Part shown: positions 27,160-34,713 of the stretch, piece after piece
Position numbering within the stretch: the stretch's first letter is position 1
How the letters are laid out: every line of letters begins with the position of its first letter
Source of the DNA: a candidate division WOR-3 bacterium
Lineage (GTDB): Bacteria > Hydrothermota > Hydrothermia > JBDRYB01
NCBI GenBank assembly: GCA_049969615.1
Contig: JBMFOM010000009.1
Span: 1 to 34,713 of the forward strand
Length of the DNA stretch: 34,713 nt
Direction of reading: 5' to 3'
The notes under the pieces: model-generated
The model's input: the letters and a program-made list of their open reading frames with translations, nothing else
Database searches by the model: none
Told to the model about the DNA's origin: nothing
Position numbers and translations under genes: made by a program

Positions 27160-27343
27160 TGTCCTGCCTCAGAATTAGTGAGACAACTTGAAGCTCAGTA
27201 TCCCGGAGCTGGATCATGGAGACAACATGGCCAGAAGAAGATGGACAAAGGAAGAGAAGATCCAGATAGTCCTCACAGGATTGAAGGATGGCGTATCAGT
27301 GGCAGACCTCTGCCGCAGGCACGGCATATCCCAGGCCCTTTAG
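27160..27343 (+). mobile_element. Truncated IS3-family element: left end plus OrfA HTH fragment
   Basis: A TG-initiated candidate IR, TGTCCTGCCTCAGAATTAGTGAGACA, is followed by ORF 27227-27343, MARRRWTKEEKIQIVLTGLKDGVSVADLCRRHGISQAL*, which matches the IS3 OrfA HTH pattern and stops early. Confidence 0.8.
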
Positions 27344-27440
27344 CGATTTCCTGTTCCTGTTTTGGAAAAGGATTTCCGCAGGCGATGCAGAAAAGAGCCT
27401 CGTCCTCGTTGGGTTTTCCGCATTTTATGCAGTGCTTCAT
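27273..27440 (-). pseudogene. Zinc-ribbon protein N-terminus, truncated and running into the antisense IS remnant
   Basis: MKHCIKCGKPNEDEALFCIACGNPF (CxxC-x10-CxxCG). Not in the ORF track (55 aa). Its 3' part is the reverse strand of the IS3 fragment. Confidence 0.7.
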
Positions 27441-27464
27441 GGGTCAGATCCCTTTCTTGTAAGC

Positions 27465-28202
27465 TCATTCCCCGCCGGGTGGTCCCCTACGCTTAAACTT
27501 ATAGTCAATAATTGAACCATCCTCCACACTGATGTATATCTCGTATGAGCCATCCAACGCTATAATTTCTCCATATTCATCCATGATGTAATAAAAGCCT
27601 TCCGCTTTCCAACACGAAACTCCGCCCCTTTTCACTGGGCCCTTTATCTCCCCGCCCAATCCTTCCCCTTCGAGATCCAAACTACAGTATTTGGATCTGG
27701 CGAATTCTATCGCTATTTTTCGGGCCTGTTCCTTGGAAATCCTGTAGTTCACAGACTTTACCTCCGTATCCACCTCCCTTGTGATCTTCCATGACTTGCC
27801 AAACTTTTTCAGTCCCAGCTCGGAAACCACATGAACTTCCTTGCCTTTCCAGTAGCCGTATTTCTCGTAGTTGACCGTGGCTTCATCTCCATTGAACTCC
27901 CACTGAGGATCTATTACCTCAATCCGGAAGTCTGAGCCAGGCCTAAAGGCCTCGGACTTATCCTTTATCAGGTTCCTCTTCTTGAAATTCTTGGAGTAGT
28001 AGAATACCTCGTCCGCGTAAAGAGTGTCCAATGCCGATAGCTTGTGGTCGTTATGGGCCTCCACCCAAGCCTTGAAAACCTCCTGAGCCCGTTCCTTATC
28101 TTCTTTGTCCCCATCTTTGGTCTGTTTCTTGCCCAGAGGGTTGCAACTAGAGAGACCCACAGCCAGGATTACGGCTAAAAGCAAAACAGATTCTCTTTTC
28201 AT
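27465..28202 (-). CDS. Lipoprotein with an NTF2/SnoaL-like domain and a possible PepSY-like C-terminus
   Basis: MKRES..LSSC lipobox with a GGAGG RBS, WVEAHN....ALDTLYADEV.Y...GKSWKITRE, and ISKEQARKIA...YISVEDGSII. Confidence 0.65.
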   Translation of the reverse strand: MKRESVLLLAVILAVGLSSCNPLGKKQTKDGDKEDKERAQEVFKAWVEAHNDHKLSALDTLYADEVFYYSKNFKKRNLIKDKSEAFRPGSDFRIEVIDPQWEFNGDEATVNYEKYGYWKGKEVHVVSELGLKKFGKSWKITREVDTEVKSVNYRISKEQARKIAIEFARSKYCSLDLEGEGLGGEIKGPVKRGGVSCWKAEGFYYIMDEYGEIIALDGSYEIYISVEDGSIIDYKFKRRGPPGGE

Positions 28203-28269
28203 AAACAACATCCTCCCCATATGGGGAATTATACCACACAATCTCAATCCGAAGCAAGTTGATCCACCC

Positions 28270-29619
28270 CTACAGAAACTTCCCCGGATTCATTATCCCA
28301 AGGGGATCAAAAATGCCCTTGAGTTTCCTCTGCAATTCCAGCGATGGCCCCGGCAACTCCCAGGAGATGTAATCTTTCTTGAGTAGACCGACACCGTGCT
28401 CGCCAGTTAGGGAGCCGCCGAGATCAAGGGCTATCCTGTAAATTGCCTCCCTGGTGAGCCTGAGTTTCTCCGGGTCATCCTGTTTTATCTTGAAGTGAAG
28501 GTTGCCGTCCCCCGCGTGGCCGAAAATGACTAGCTCTGAGCCGAGCTTTCCGGCCTCGTCCCTTGCCCTGGCAACGGCATCCGGTATCCCTGAGCGGGGA
28601 ACGCATATGTCGTCGTCCGCGGAACCGGGCCAGACCTCGTCCATGGTATCAGCCAAGGAACGCCTCGCGGACCACAGTTCCCGCGCGCGTTTTTCCTCAT
28701 GGGCAATGAGAACCTGGTTCGCGCCGTGGCTCTCCGCGAACTCAGCGACTCGTCCCATCTCGGCCCACGCGCCATCCTCATGGCCATCTGTTTCCAGAAG
28801 GAGCATTGTTCCCTCAGGAAGGGCGAAATCAACCCTGTCTCTGATAGCCGAGGCCCCATCCTTGTCAACTAGCTCCATAACCCTGGGCAGTATCCCCTCC
28901 CTTATCATCTGGCCAACTGCCCTGCAAGCATCCTGCTCCTGAGGGAAGAAGGCCATCGCGGTCACCACAGATGGCGGCAGAGGGATGAGCCTCAGCGCGG
29001 CTTGCGTTATAATGCCGAGCGTTCCCTCAGAGCCAACAATTGCCACGGCTAACTCGTAACCTGTGACGCCCTTCTTGGTTTTCCTACCGAGCCATATTGT
29101 TTCACCCCCCGGCAGAACGAGTTCAAGGCCCAGGACATAATGAAGGGTGAGACCGTATTTCAAGGCGCGTGGCCCGCCGGCGTTTTCCGCCAGGTTGCCG
29201 CCCAGGGTGCATGTTTCAAGGCTCGCCGGGTCAGGGGGATAGAAGAGATTGAGCGCCTCAGCCTCACTCTGAAGCTGGCCGGTTATCACGCCTGGCTCAA
29301 CAACCGCAATAAGGTTTTCTGGGTCAATCTCCAGGATACGGTTCATCCTGCTTGTGTCAACGCATATCCCGCCCCTGACCGGGAGGGCGCCGCCGGTGAG
29401 GCCCGTTCCCGCTCCCCTGGGATAAACGGGAATCCGGTTATCCTGAGCTATTTTCAGCGTGGCCGAAACATCCTTCGCGTTCCGAGGAAGGATCACAGCC
29501 TCAGGTAAAAAAGGACCCAGGCCGCTCTCGTCCCTTGAGCGGGATTCAAGCGCCTCGGGGTTTGTCCTCAAGACCTCATCGCCGAGCTCACGCAGGAGCT
29601 TTTCAATCCAGGGCTTCAA
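28270..29619 (-). CDS. FAD-linked oxidase, GlcD / D-lactate dehydrogenase family
   Basis: PRGAGTGLTGGA, YPPDPAS, GGNLAENAGG, GSEGTLG, GHAGDGNLH, GEHGVG and MNPGK. Confidence 0.92.
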   Translation of the reverse strand: MKPWIEKLLRELGDEVLRTNPEALESRSRDESGLGPFLPEAVILPRNAKDVSATLKIAQDNRIPVYPRGAGTGLTGGALPVRGGICVDTSRMNRILEIDPENLIAVVEPGVITGQLQSEAEALNLFYPPDPASLETCTLGGNLAENAGGPRALKYGLTLHYVLGLELVLPGGETIWLGRKTKKGVTGYELAVAIVGSEGTLGIITQAALRLIPLPPSVVTAMAFFPQEQDACRAVGQMIREGILPRVMELVDKDGASAIRDRVDFALPEGTMLLLETDGHEDGAWAEMGRVAEFAESHGANQVLIAHEEKRARELWSARRSLADTMDEVWPGSADDDICVPRSGIPDAVARARDEAGKLGSELVIFGHAGDGNLHFKIKQDDPEKLRLTREAIYRIALDLGGSLTGEHGVGLLKKDYISWELPGPSLELQRKLKGIFDPLGIMNPGKFL

Positions 29620-29773
29620 TGGGCAAATTATATCGTATGGGCAAGTCCCTGTGCCTGTCCTAGTATCTGTTCCTGTTCACCTTTCGGCTCTATGACCCAG
29701 ATTTACGGCAGGTTGTAAGCCTTGAATGATCAGAAATCAGCCCATTTGATGTTTTCGGCCGCTTTTTGGAACC

Positions 29774-29814
29774 CGGACGCGGACCAAGGACAAACCGGGA
29801 TTTTCAGGGGTTTC
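29774..29814. repeat. Dispersed ~41-bp repeat B, copy 1
   Basis: CGGACGCGGACCAAGGACAAACCGGGATTTTCAGGGGTTTC matches the reverse complement of 33164-33205. Confidence 0.7.
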
Positions 29815-29820
29815 AAATGT

Positions 29821-29849
29821 TTGATCCCGCGCGGGAAGTGGGTTATAAT
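29821..29849 (+). promoter_or_regulatory. Promoter (TTGATC cassette copy 3) of folE, probably leaderless
   Basis: TTGATC-CCGCGCGGGAAGTGGGT-TATAAT, 28/29 identical to the tRNA promoter, with GTG 6 nt downstream. Confidence 0.75.
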
Positions 29850-29855
29850 GTAATA

Positions 29856-30422
29856 GTGAACGAGAAGATAATTGAGTCCACTTTCAGGGAATTAATAAAA
29901 GCCATTGGCGAGGATCCGGACAGGGAGGGACTCGTCAGGACACCAGAACGCATAGCAGACCTTTACAAGCACATATTCTCCGGGGTAGGTCGCGACCCTA
30001 TGGAGGTCTTCAGGATCTACACGGTTGAGAATTACGATGAGATGGTCGTGGTCAAGGACATAGACTTTTTCTCTGTGTGTGAACATCATTTCCTTCCCTT
30101 TTTCGGCAAGGCCCACATCGCATACATTCCCAACGATGGCCGGATAACCGGCGCGATGAACCTCATAGATGTCCTTGAGGTCTTCAGCCACCGGCCAACC
30201 ATACAGGAACGCCTTACGACCGAGGTGGCGGACTTCCTTTACAAGAACCTGAAGCCCATGGGTGTCCTCGTGGTGACCGAGGCCAGACACCTTTGCCTTG
30301 AGATGACGGGAAAGGAGAGGCCGGGAACCAAGATCGTCGCCTCAGCCATGAGGGGCTATTTGCGAAAGGCTGCTTCCCGCGCAGAGGCCCTCCGGCTCAT
30401 CGGCAAGCTGAGCCTGGAATAG
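29856..30422 (+). CDS. folE: GTP cyclohydrolase I family protein with an atypical active site
   Basis: IGEDPDREGL.RTPERI, SVCEHHFLPFFG, AYIP, QERLT and ARHLC. Start placed at GTG 29856. Confidence 0.85.
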   Translation: MNEKIIESTFRELIKAIGEDPDREGLVRTPERIADLYKHIFSGVGRDPMEVFRIYTVENYDEMVVVKDIDFFSVCEHHFLPFFGKAHIAYIPNDGRITGAMNLIDVLEVFSHRPTIQERLTTEVADFLYKNLKPMGVLVVTEARHLCLEMTGKERPGTKIVASAMRGYLRKAASRAEALRLIGKLSLE

Positions 30423-30430
30423 GAAAGTCC

Positions 30431-31038
30431 CTACCGGATAGCCACCTTTCCATGATATTCTCCGGTTTTCCAGAAATAAATTCCTCGGCCCAGCCCTATC
30501 CTGTTCTGACCATTCTCAAGTTGCCCGGAATAAGCCAACCTTCCGTCCGGCGAGTAAATTTGGATGGCCATTGCCGCAGGGAAAACAAAGAGCGCGCCGC
30601 CATGGATGGGAGAACAGGTCACCCCGAGCTCGTGGGAGGCGTTGGTTTCCGTGATTTCCCCATAAGGGAGCGCGCAGATACCTGTCACCGTGGGGTTTGC
30701 TGTTCCAGTGGATGAGGCCTGGTTCGTGACCGCAGGACTCCAGCTTATCCCCACGGATGGTGAGGATGTGGTTGGGGAACGTGAGACCACGGAGGGCGAG
30801 CGCGAACCCCCCATCTGAGGTCGGGATCATAGAGAAGCATATATCCTAGCTTGTTCCTCCAGAGGTTTTGGCTCAGCTGATTGTTCCGGTTGGGGTTAGT
30901 TTTATGAGCAGGCAATCAATACCCGTTCCAAAATTTTCAATGTCACCGGTGACAACGAACCCGCCGTCAGAGGTCTGGGCAATCGTAGGCGCTTGCAAAG
31001 AGCTGTCCAATTACGAAGCCAATAAAAATTCCTGTCAT
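30431..31038 (-). pseudogene. Decayed secreted beta-propeller (TSDGG-repeat) protein with a T9SS-like CTD
   Basis: GGGAGG + ATG 31038 (MTGIFIGFVIGQLFASAY), then a frameshift into AQTSDGGFVVTG...LIKL...GTIS*AKTSGGTS*D...PTSDGGF with in-frame stops at 30873-30875 and 30846-30848. A further frameshift leads to the CTD IYSPDGRL...GRGIYFW...GKVAIR. Confidence 0.8.
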
Positions 31039-31376
31039 CTCAGCCTCCCGTAAAGCGCTTGCGCTATCTTCATAATCAAGCTCAAATTATAGCTGTTTTT
31101 GGGGAACTTCAAGCTGGCACTTTCGCCGAACTCATTGACGGTCAAGGACTTAGAATGGATCGAAGGTGGGCCTGGTGAGAATTTTGTGTGGGTGATCCTT
31201 TCCCCGGCTGTCCTTTCTCGGCCCTATCCAAGTTGGGGCAAGGGTTTGGCGGTTTCGGGGCCAAAATTGGGCTTCCTGAGTTATGACAAGTGCCGCGGCA
31301 TTCTAAGGCCATCCGGGGGATTAGGGAGAACCCAACCTGTTTGTCCCAGCATAAAGCCAGGCATTACAATATGCAG

Positions 31377-33050
31377 GTGAAATTCCGCTGGAAATTCAAA
31401 GAAGACAAAATATATTGGCGCGATATACTTGAAACATTCGGCATAAACGGCGTAATAGCGAGGGTCCTCGCGACCAGGTTCTCTTCTATAGATGAGGTCA
31501 GAGTATTCCTTGACAAGGATTTCAACGACATAATCCCACCGGAGGAACTCCCTGGCGTTTTGGACGCGGGCGAACGCCTGGCGAGGGCCATAAGGAACGA
31601 TGAACCAATACTCGTCCACGGCGATTATGATACAGACGGGGTGACCAGCCTCGCTCTGTTATACAGAAACCTAAAACGTCTCGGTGCGACAAGGGTTGTG
31701 CCATATATACCGGATCGGTTTTCCGAGGGCTACGGCTTATCTTCCGCTGGTGTGAAAAAGGCCGCTGAGGAGGGAATCTCGCTCATAGTAACTGTTGACT
31801 GCGGCATAACAGCAATTGAGGAGGCCAGCTTGGCCAGGAGCCTAGGGATTGATCTCGTGGTCACGGATCACCACGAACCCCTTAAGGAACTGCCGGAGGC
31901 CTTGGCCCTTGTCAACCCCAGGCTTGGGGATTATCCTTTCAGGGAACTTGCCGGCGTTGGAGTCGTGTTCAAGCTCTTCCTTTATCTCTATCAGATCCTG
32001 CGCGTTGACCCAAAGCCCCTCCTGTGGGACCTTGATCTAGTCGCGCTGGGAACCATCGCTGATGTGGCTCCCATAGTGGGCGAGAACCGCATACTAGCCG
32101 AATACGGCATAAAGGTTCTCTCAAACACCCTAAAGGCTGGACTCAAGGCCCTGGCCCATACCGCGAGGGTGAACGGAGAGGTCAAACCCTGGCACATATC
32201 GTATGTTCTGGCCCCGCGGCTCAACGCGGCAGGCAGGCTGACCAGCGCATACAAATCCTTTGAGCTGCTTATAACGACATCCGGAGCAGAGGCGTTGTCC
32301 CTGGCCCAGTTCCTTGAGAGCGAGAACCAGCGCAGGCAGTCCATAGAGCGCGGCATACTCACCGAGGCCAGGGAGATACTCGCTTCTCAGGGGGACAGAA
32401 TGTTCATGGTCGCGGACTCAGAGGGTTGGCACGAGGGCGTCATAGGCATAGTCGCTTCCAGGCTCTCGGAACAATATAACAGGCCAATAGCCCTCATTGC
32501 CCGGAGCAGGAACGGCAGCTCGCGAGGCTCTGCCAGGTCAATCCCCGGCTTCCATATCCAGGAGGCGCTTGAGGAGCTCTCATACCTGTTTGAGGATTTC
32601 GGTGGCCACCCCATGGCCGCTGGGTTCACCATTCCCAATGATGCCATAGAAGAGTTCAAGGCCAGAATAGAGGAGATAGCCGCCAAGAGGATGACGGAGA
32701 TTGATATGGTCCCTTCTGTTGAGATAGACACCTCCGTAACATTTGAGGAGATGAGCATAACATTTTACAGGGACTATAATAGACTCACCCCCTTCGCTTT
32801 CGGTAACCGTGCCCCCATATTCCTTACACGGGGCGCAAGGGTGAGGTCAGTGAGCCAGGAGGGGACTGCTTTGAACATATACGCTGACCAGGGGGGCGTG
32901 GAGGCCCTCATCACATTTTCCAACCCTCATCCTGCGTGGGCCTCGCTCAACCCAGGAGACCTGATTGACATTGTTTTCAAGGTTGAGGCTGATACCCCCA
33001 TAAGGAGAGGAACATTGCTACTCAGGGGCCTGGATTTGATGCCGGGATAA
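31377..33050 (+). CDS. recJ: Single-stranded-DNA-specific exonuclease RecJ
   Basis: GDYDTDG, PDRFSEGYG, TVDCG, TDHH, GTIADV, APRLNAAGR, RGSARS and GGHPMAAG. Start is either ATG 31371 or leaderless GTG 31377. Confidence 0.95.
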   Translation: MKFRWKFKEDKIYWRDILETFGINGVIARVLATRFSSIDEVRVFLDKDFNDIIPPEELPGVLDAGERLARAIRNDEPILVHGDYDTDGVTSLALLYRNLKRLGATRVVPYIPDRFSEGYGLSSAGVKKAAEEGISLIVTVDCGITAIEEASLARSLGIDLVVTDHHEPLKELPEALALVNPRLGDYPFRELAGVGVVFKLFLYLYQILRVDPKPLLWDLDLVALGTIADVAPIVGENRILAEYGIKVLSNTLKAGLKALAHTARVNGEVKPWHISYVLAPRLNAAGRLTSAYKSFELLITTSGAEALSLAQFLESENQRRQSIERGILTEAREILASQGDRMFMVADSEGWHEGVIGIVASRLSEQYNRPIALIARSRNGSSRGSARSIPGFHIQEALEELSYLFEDFGGHPMAAGFTIPNDAIEEFKARIEEIAAKRMTEIDMVPSVEIDTSVTFEEMSITFYRDYNRLTPFAFGNRAPIFLTRGARVRSVSQEGTALNIYADQGGVEALITFSNPHPAWASLNPGDLIDIVFKVEADTPIRRGTLLLRGLDLMPG

Positions 33051-33163
33051 TATAAACCCAACTGCGACGCCTCATTTTTCTCGATTCGTTTATTGATAAG
33101 GGATCCCAGGGATCGTGTGGCAAAATTTCGGCACTAGGTTACTTGTGCCGGGTCTATGAACAC

Positions 33164-33205
33164 GAAACCCCTAAAAAATCCCGGTTTGCCCCTGGTCCCC
33201 ATCCG
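33164..33205. repeat. Dispersed repeat B, copy 2 (inverted)
   Basis: Reverse complement CGGATGGGGACCAGGGGCAAACCGGGATTTTTTAGGGGTTTC. Confidence 0.7.
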
Positions 33206-33293
33206 AAAGCCTCATCATAACTAGAAGAGAACCCTGAGGAAATGCCCTCGTGGCGGGATTTTTCAAGAGGCCCCTCTTAGAAACCTGTTCACT

Positions 33294-33349
33294 TGGACAA
33301 AACGTTCCTGGCTCAGATCAGTAAGTTATTACTACTTTACAGAGGTCTC
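33294..33349. repeat. Dispersed repeat A, copy 2
   Basis: TGGACAAA...CAGTAAGTTATTACTACTTTACAGAGGTCTC. It ends exactly at the stop codon of the adjacent minus-strand gene. Confidence 0.7.
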
Positions 33350-34567
33350 TTATCTTATTACAGCCTTTGCTAATGCCCTGAAGGCCTCTGTTCTCAGGAT
33401 GATGTAGTATATGCCTGGTCCAAGGGATTTAAGGCTCCAGCGTCCGGATTCCAGGTTACCCCACGCTAGGGTTTTTATGCGCTGTCCGGTCGGGGAATAG
33501 ACCTCCAGCTCGCCCCACATGGGGAAAGGCAGGCTCATGATGACATCGGCACCATTGATGAGGAGGGGTGGTTTATCAACCCAACCCTCCTCAACCTCCA
33601 GGGCCTGGCAGTCAAATGTTTCGGAGTTCGTTGAGCTGACCATGAGTATTTGGCCAATGGCAGTAACGCAGTCAACACAACCCGAACAGCCGGATTCGTC
33701 CCACTTTACCTCAAAGTAATTGCTCGCGGACGAGGAGCCGCCGGGTATCAGGGATATCGCGTTCTCAACATGGACAGCATCATACAGGTTCCCATTTCCG
33801 CCGGGCAGGCCGGTTGAACCCTGCCTGAGGGTCTGGCCGTTGAACTGGACTATCTCTTGACCGCATGTCCCGTTCCAGTAATCCTGGCCGTCAGCAAAGA
33901 GAACTGTCAGCTTGGCCGAGCTAACAGGGTTGGTCGCGTTGAAGTTCGTCGTGGTCCACTGGAGGGTGTCCAGGTCAGTAACATCTCCCCATGTATCGCA
34001 TTCCTCGCCATCGGTGAGGCTATAAGCGCCCAGATATATCACCACATCCTTGGGAGGGGTTCCGCCGTAGTTTGGTTCGCAATAGATAGCGACCAGGGTC
34101 GCGCCCTCGGTTCCGCCTGGAGGCGGGTTGCCGGGAGGATTATAGTAGCCTGATAGGGTATATGTCCCGTCCCCCAGGGCCCTGACAATGCTGGTCACAT
34201 CTGCTATGTATGTGTATATGTTCGGATCAGACCAGCAGGGCGAGGGCGCGGTGCCTCTGAGCTCTCCGGTCACGGGCGTGCCGTTCAATTGCATGGCCGG
34301 CATGGATGAGGAAGCTATAACTGAGTATATCAGATAAGCCTTTGCCACATAGGCTCCAGACCCCCCTGGAAGGCCAGTGAGGTTGATTGAGCCGGATGGG
34401 GTGAACCTAAGGCCGGTTGAAGCCTGGATATAGTTGCCCCTGAGGGTTATCCTGGTGTAAAAGGCCGGTCTCGCACCCCCGCTCATGTAGCCCTTATCAC
34501 CACAGCATCCAGATATGCCATCGGGCGACATGGTTGTCCAAGCGCCCAATATCAGCGACAATAACAT
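33350..34567 (-). CDS. Secreted Cys-rich protein (DUF3344-like beta domain) with a T9SS-like CTD
   Basis: VAKAYLIYS...LNG...YIADVTSIV...GATLVAIY pattern, CTD EVYSPTGQRI...GPGIYYIIL...KAVIR, and RBS GAGGAGG. Confidence 0.7.
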   Translation of the reverse strand: MLLSLILGAWTTMSPDGISGCCGDKGYMSGGARPAFYTRITLRGNYIQASTGLRFTPSGSINLTGLPGGSGAYVAKAYLIYSVIASSSMPAMQLNGTPVTGELRGTAPSPCWSDPNIYTYIADVTSIVRALGDGTYTLSGYYNPPGNPPPGGTEGATLVAIYCEPNYGGTPPKDVVIYLGAYSLTDGEECDTWGDVTDLDTLQWTTTNFNATNPVSSAKLTVLFADGQDYWNGTCGQEIVQFNGQTLRQGSTGLPGGNGNLYDAVHVENAISLIPGGSSSASNYFEVKWDESGCSGCVDCVTAIGQILMVSSTNSETFDCQALEVEEGWVDKPPLLINGADVIMSLPFPMWGELEVYSPTGQRIKTLAWGNLESGRWSLKSLGPGIYYIILRTEAFRALAKAVIR

Positions 34568-34592
34568 ATTACACCTCCTCGTTCACAACTAT

Positions 34593-34621
34593 ATTATAGC
34601 ATACTCCCTGGCCTGGATCAA
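34593..34621 (-). promoter_or_regulatory. Promoter (TTGATC cassette copy 4, more diverged)
   Basis: Minus strand TTGATC-CAGGCCAGGGAGTATGC-TATAAT. Confidence 0.7.
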
Positions 34622-34713
34622 GTATCACAGGTCTTAGTGATCCTTTCCCCGGATGTGCTCATTTTTGATTCTCAGCATACCCCCCTGGTTTGAGAAAGCC
34701 CGGATGGGTCAGC

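Noticed and set aside
27112-27462. 116-aa plus-strand ORF
   Set aside because: It is an off-frame read across the IS3 remnant and the antisense zinc-ribbon gene, with no recognisable motif.
29766-29855. N-terminal extensions of folE (and of recJ 31290-31370, comEA 9657-9692, hypB 10558-10575)
   Set aside because: These stretches contain promoter boxes, repeats or RBSs and do not resemble the protein families. Starts were moved downstream.
30846-30875. In-frame TGA/TAG as a sign of genetic code reassignment
   Set aside because: Both codons terminate many intact genes in this window, and the same region also has frameshifts, so it is a pseudogene.
31135-31145. Palindrome TTGAC-G-GTCAA as an operator
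   Set aside because: It is a single short instance that could arise by chance, with no cognate regulator nearby.
33129-33150. Hairpin CGGCAC...GTGCCG after recJ as a terminator
   Set aside because: The stem is imperfect with no U-tract on either strand, so support is insufficient.

Overview
This 34.7 kb window is bacterial chromosome from a Gram-negative organism. T9SS-type C-terminal sorting domains, a PorV-like barrel and a TonB system suggest an FCB-related lineage such as WOR-3 (inference only). From left to right it holds: (1) a 9-gene minus-strand signalling operon joining an MglA-type small GTPase, three Roadblock/LC7 (MglB-like) domains, a PAS histidine kinase, a receiver-DUF4388-Roadblock fusion, an FHA-FHA-TM-TPR protein, a PP2C phosphatase and two Hanks Ser/Thr kinases; (2) tRNA-Pro(CGG), comEA and a hydrogenase maturation trio (protease, hypA, hypB); (3) a 13.6 kb minus-strand exbB-exbD-exbD-tonB-TBDR cluster carrying a PorV-like barrel, three T9SS-CTD proteins (one an apparently dead M30-like metallopeptidase) and a lipoprotein, with a divergent PorE-like TPR-PD40-OmpA gene; (4) an IS3 remnant joined to a truncated zinc-ribbon gene, a lipoprotein, a GlcD-like oxidase, an atypical folE that has lost its triphosphate-binding residues, a beta-propeller/CTD pseudogene, recJ and a Cys-rich CTD protein. 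Non-coding signals include a promoter cassette with a conserved spacer in four copies, six apparently leaderless genes and dispersed repeat fragments. All family calls come from motif recognition by eye, not database searches.
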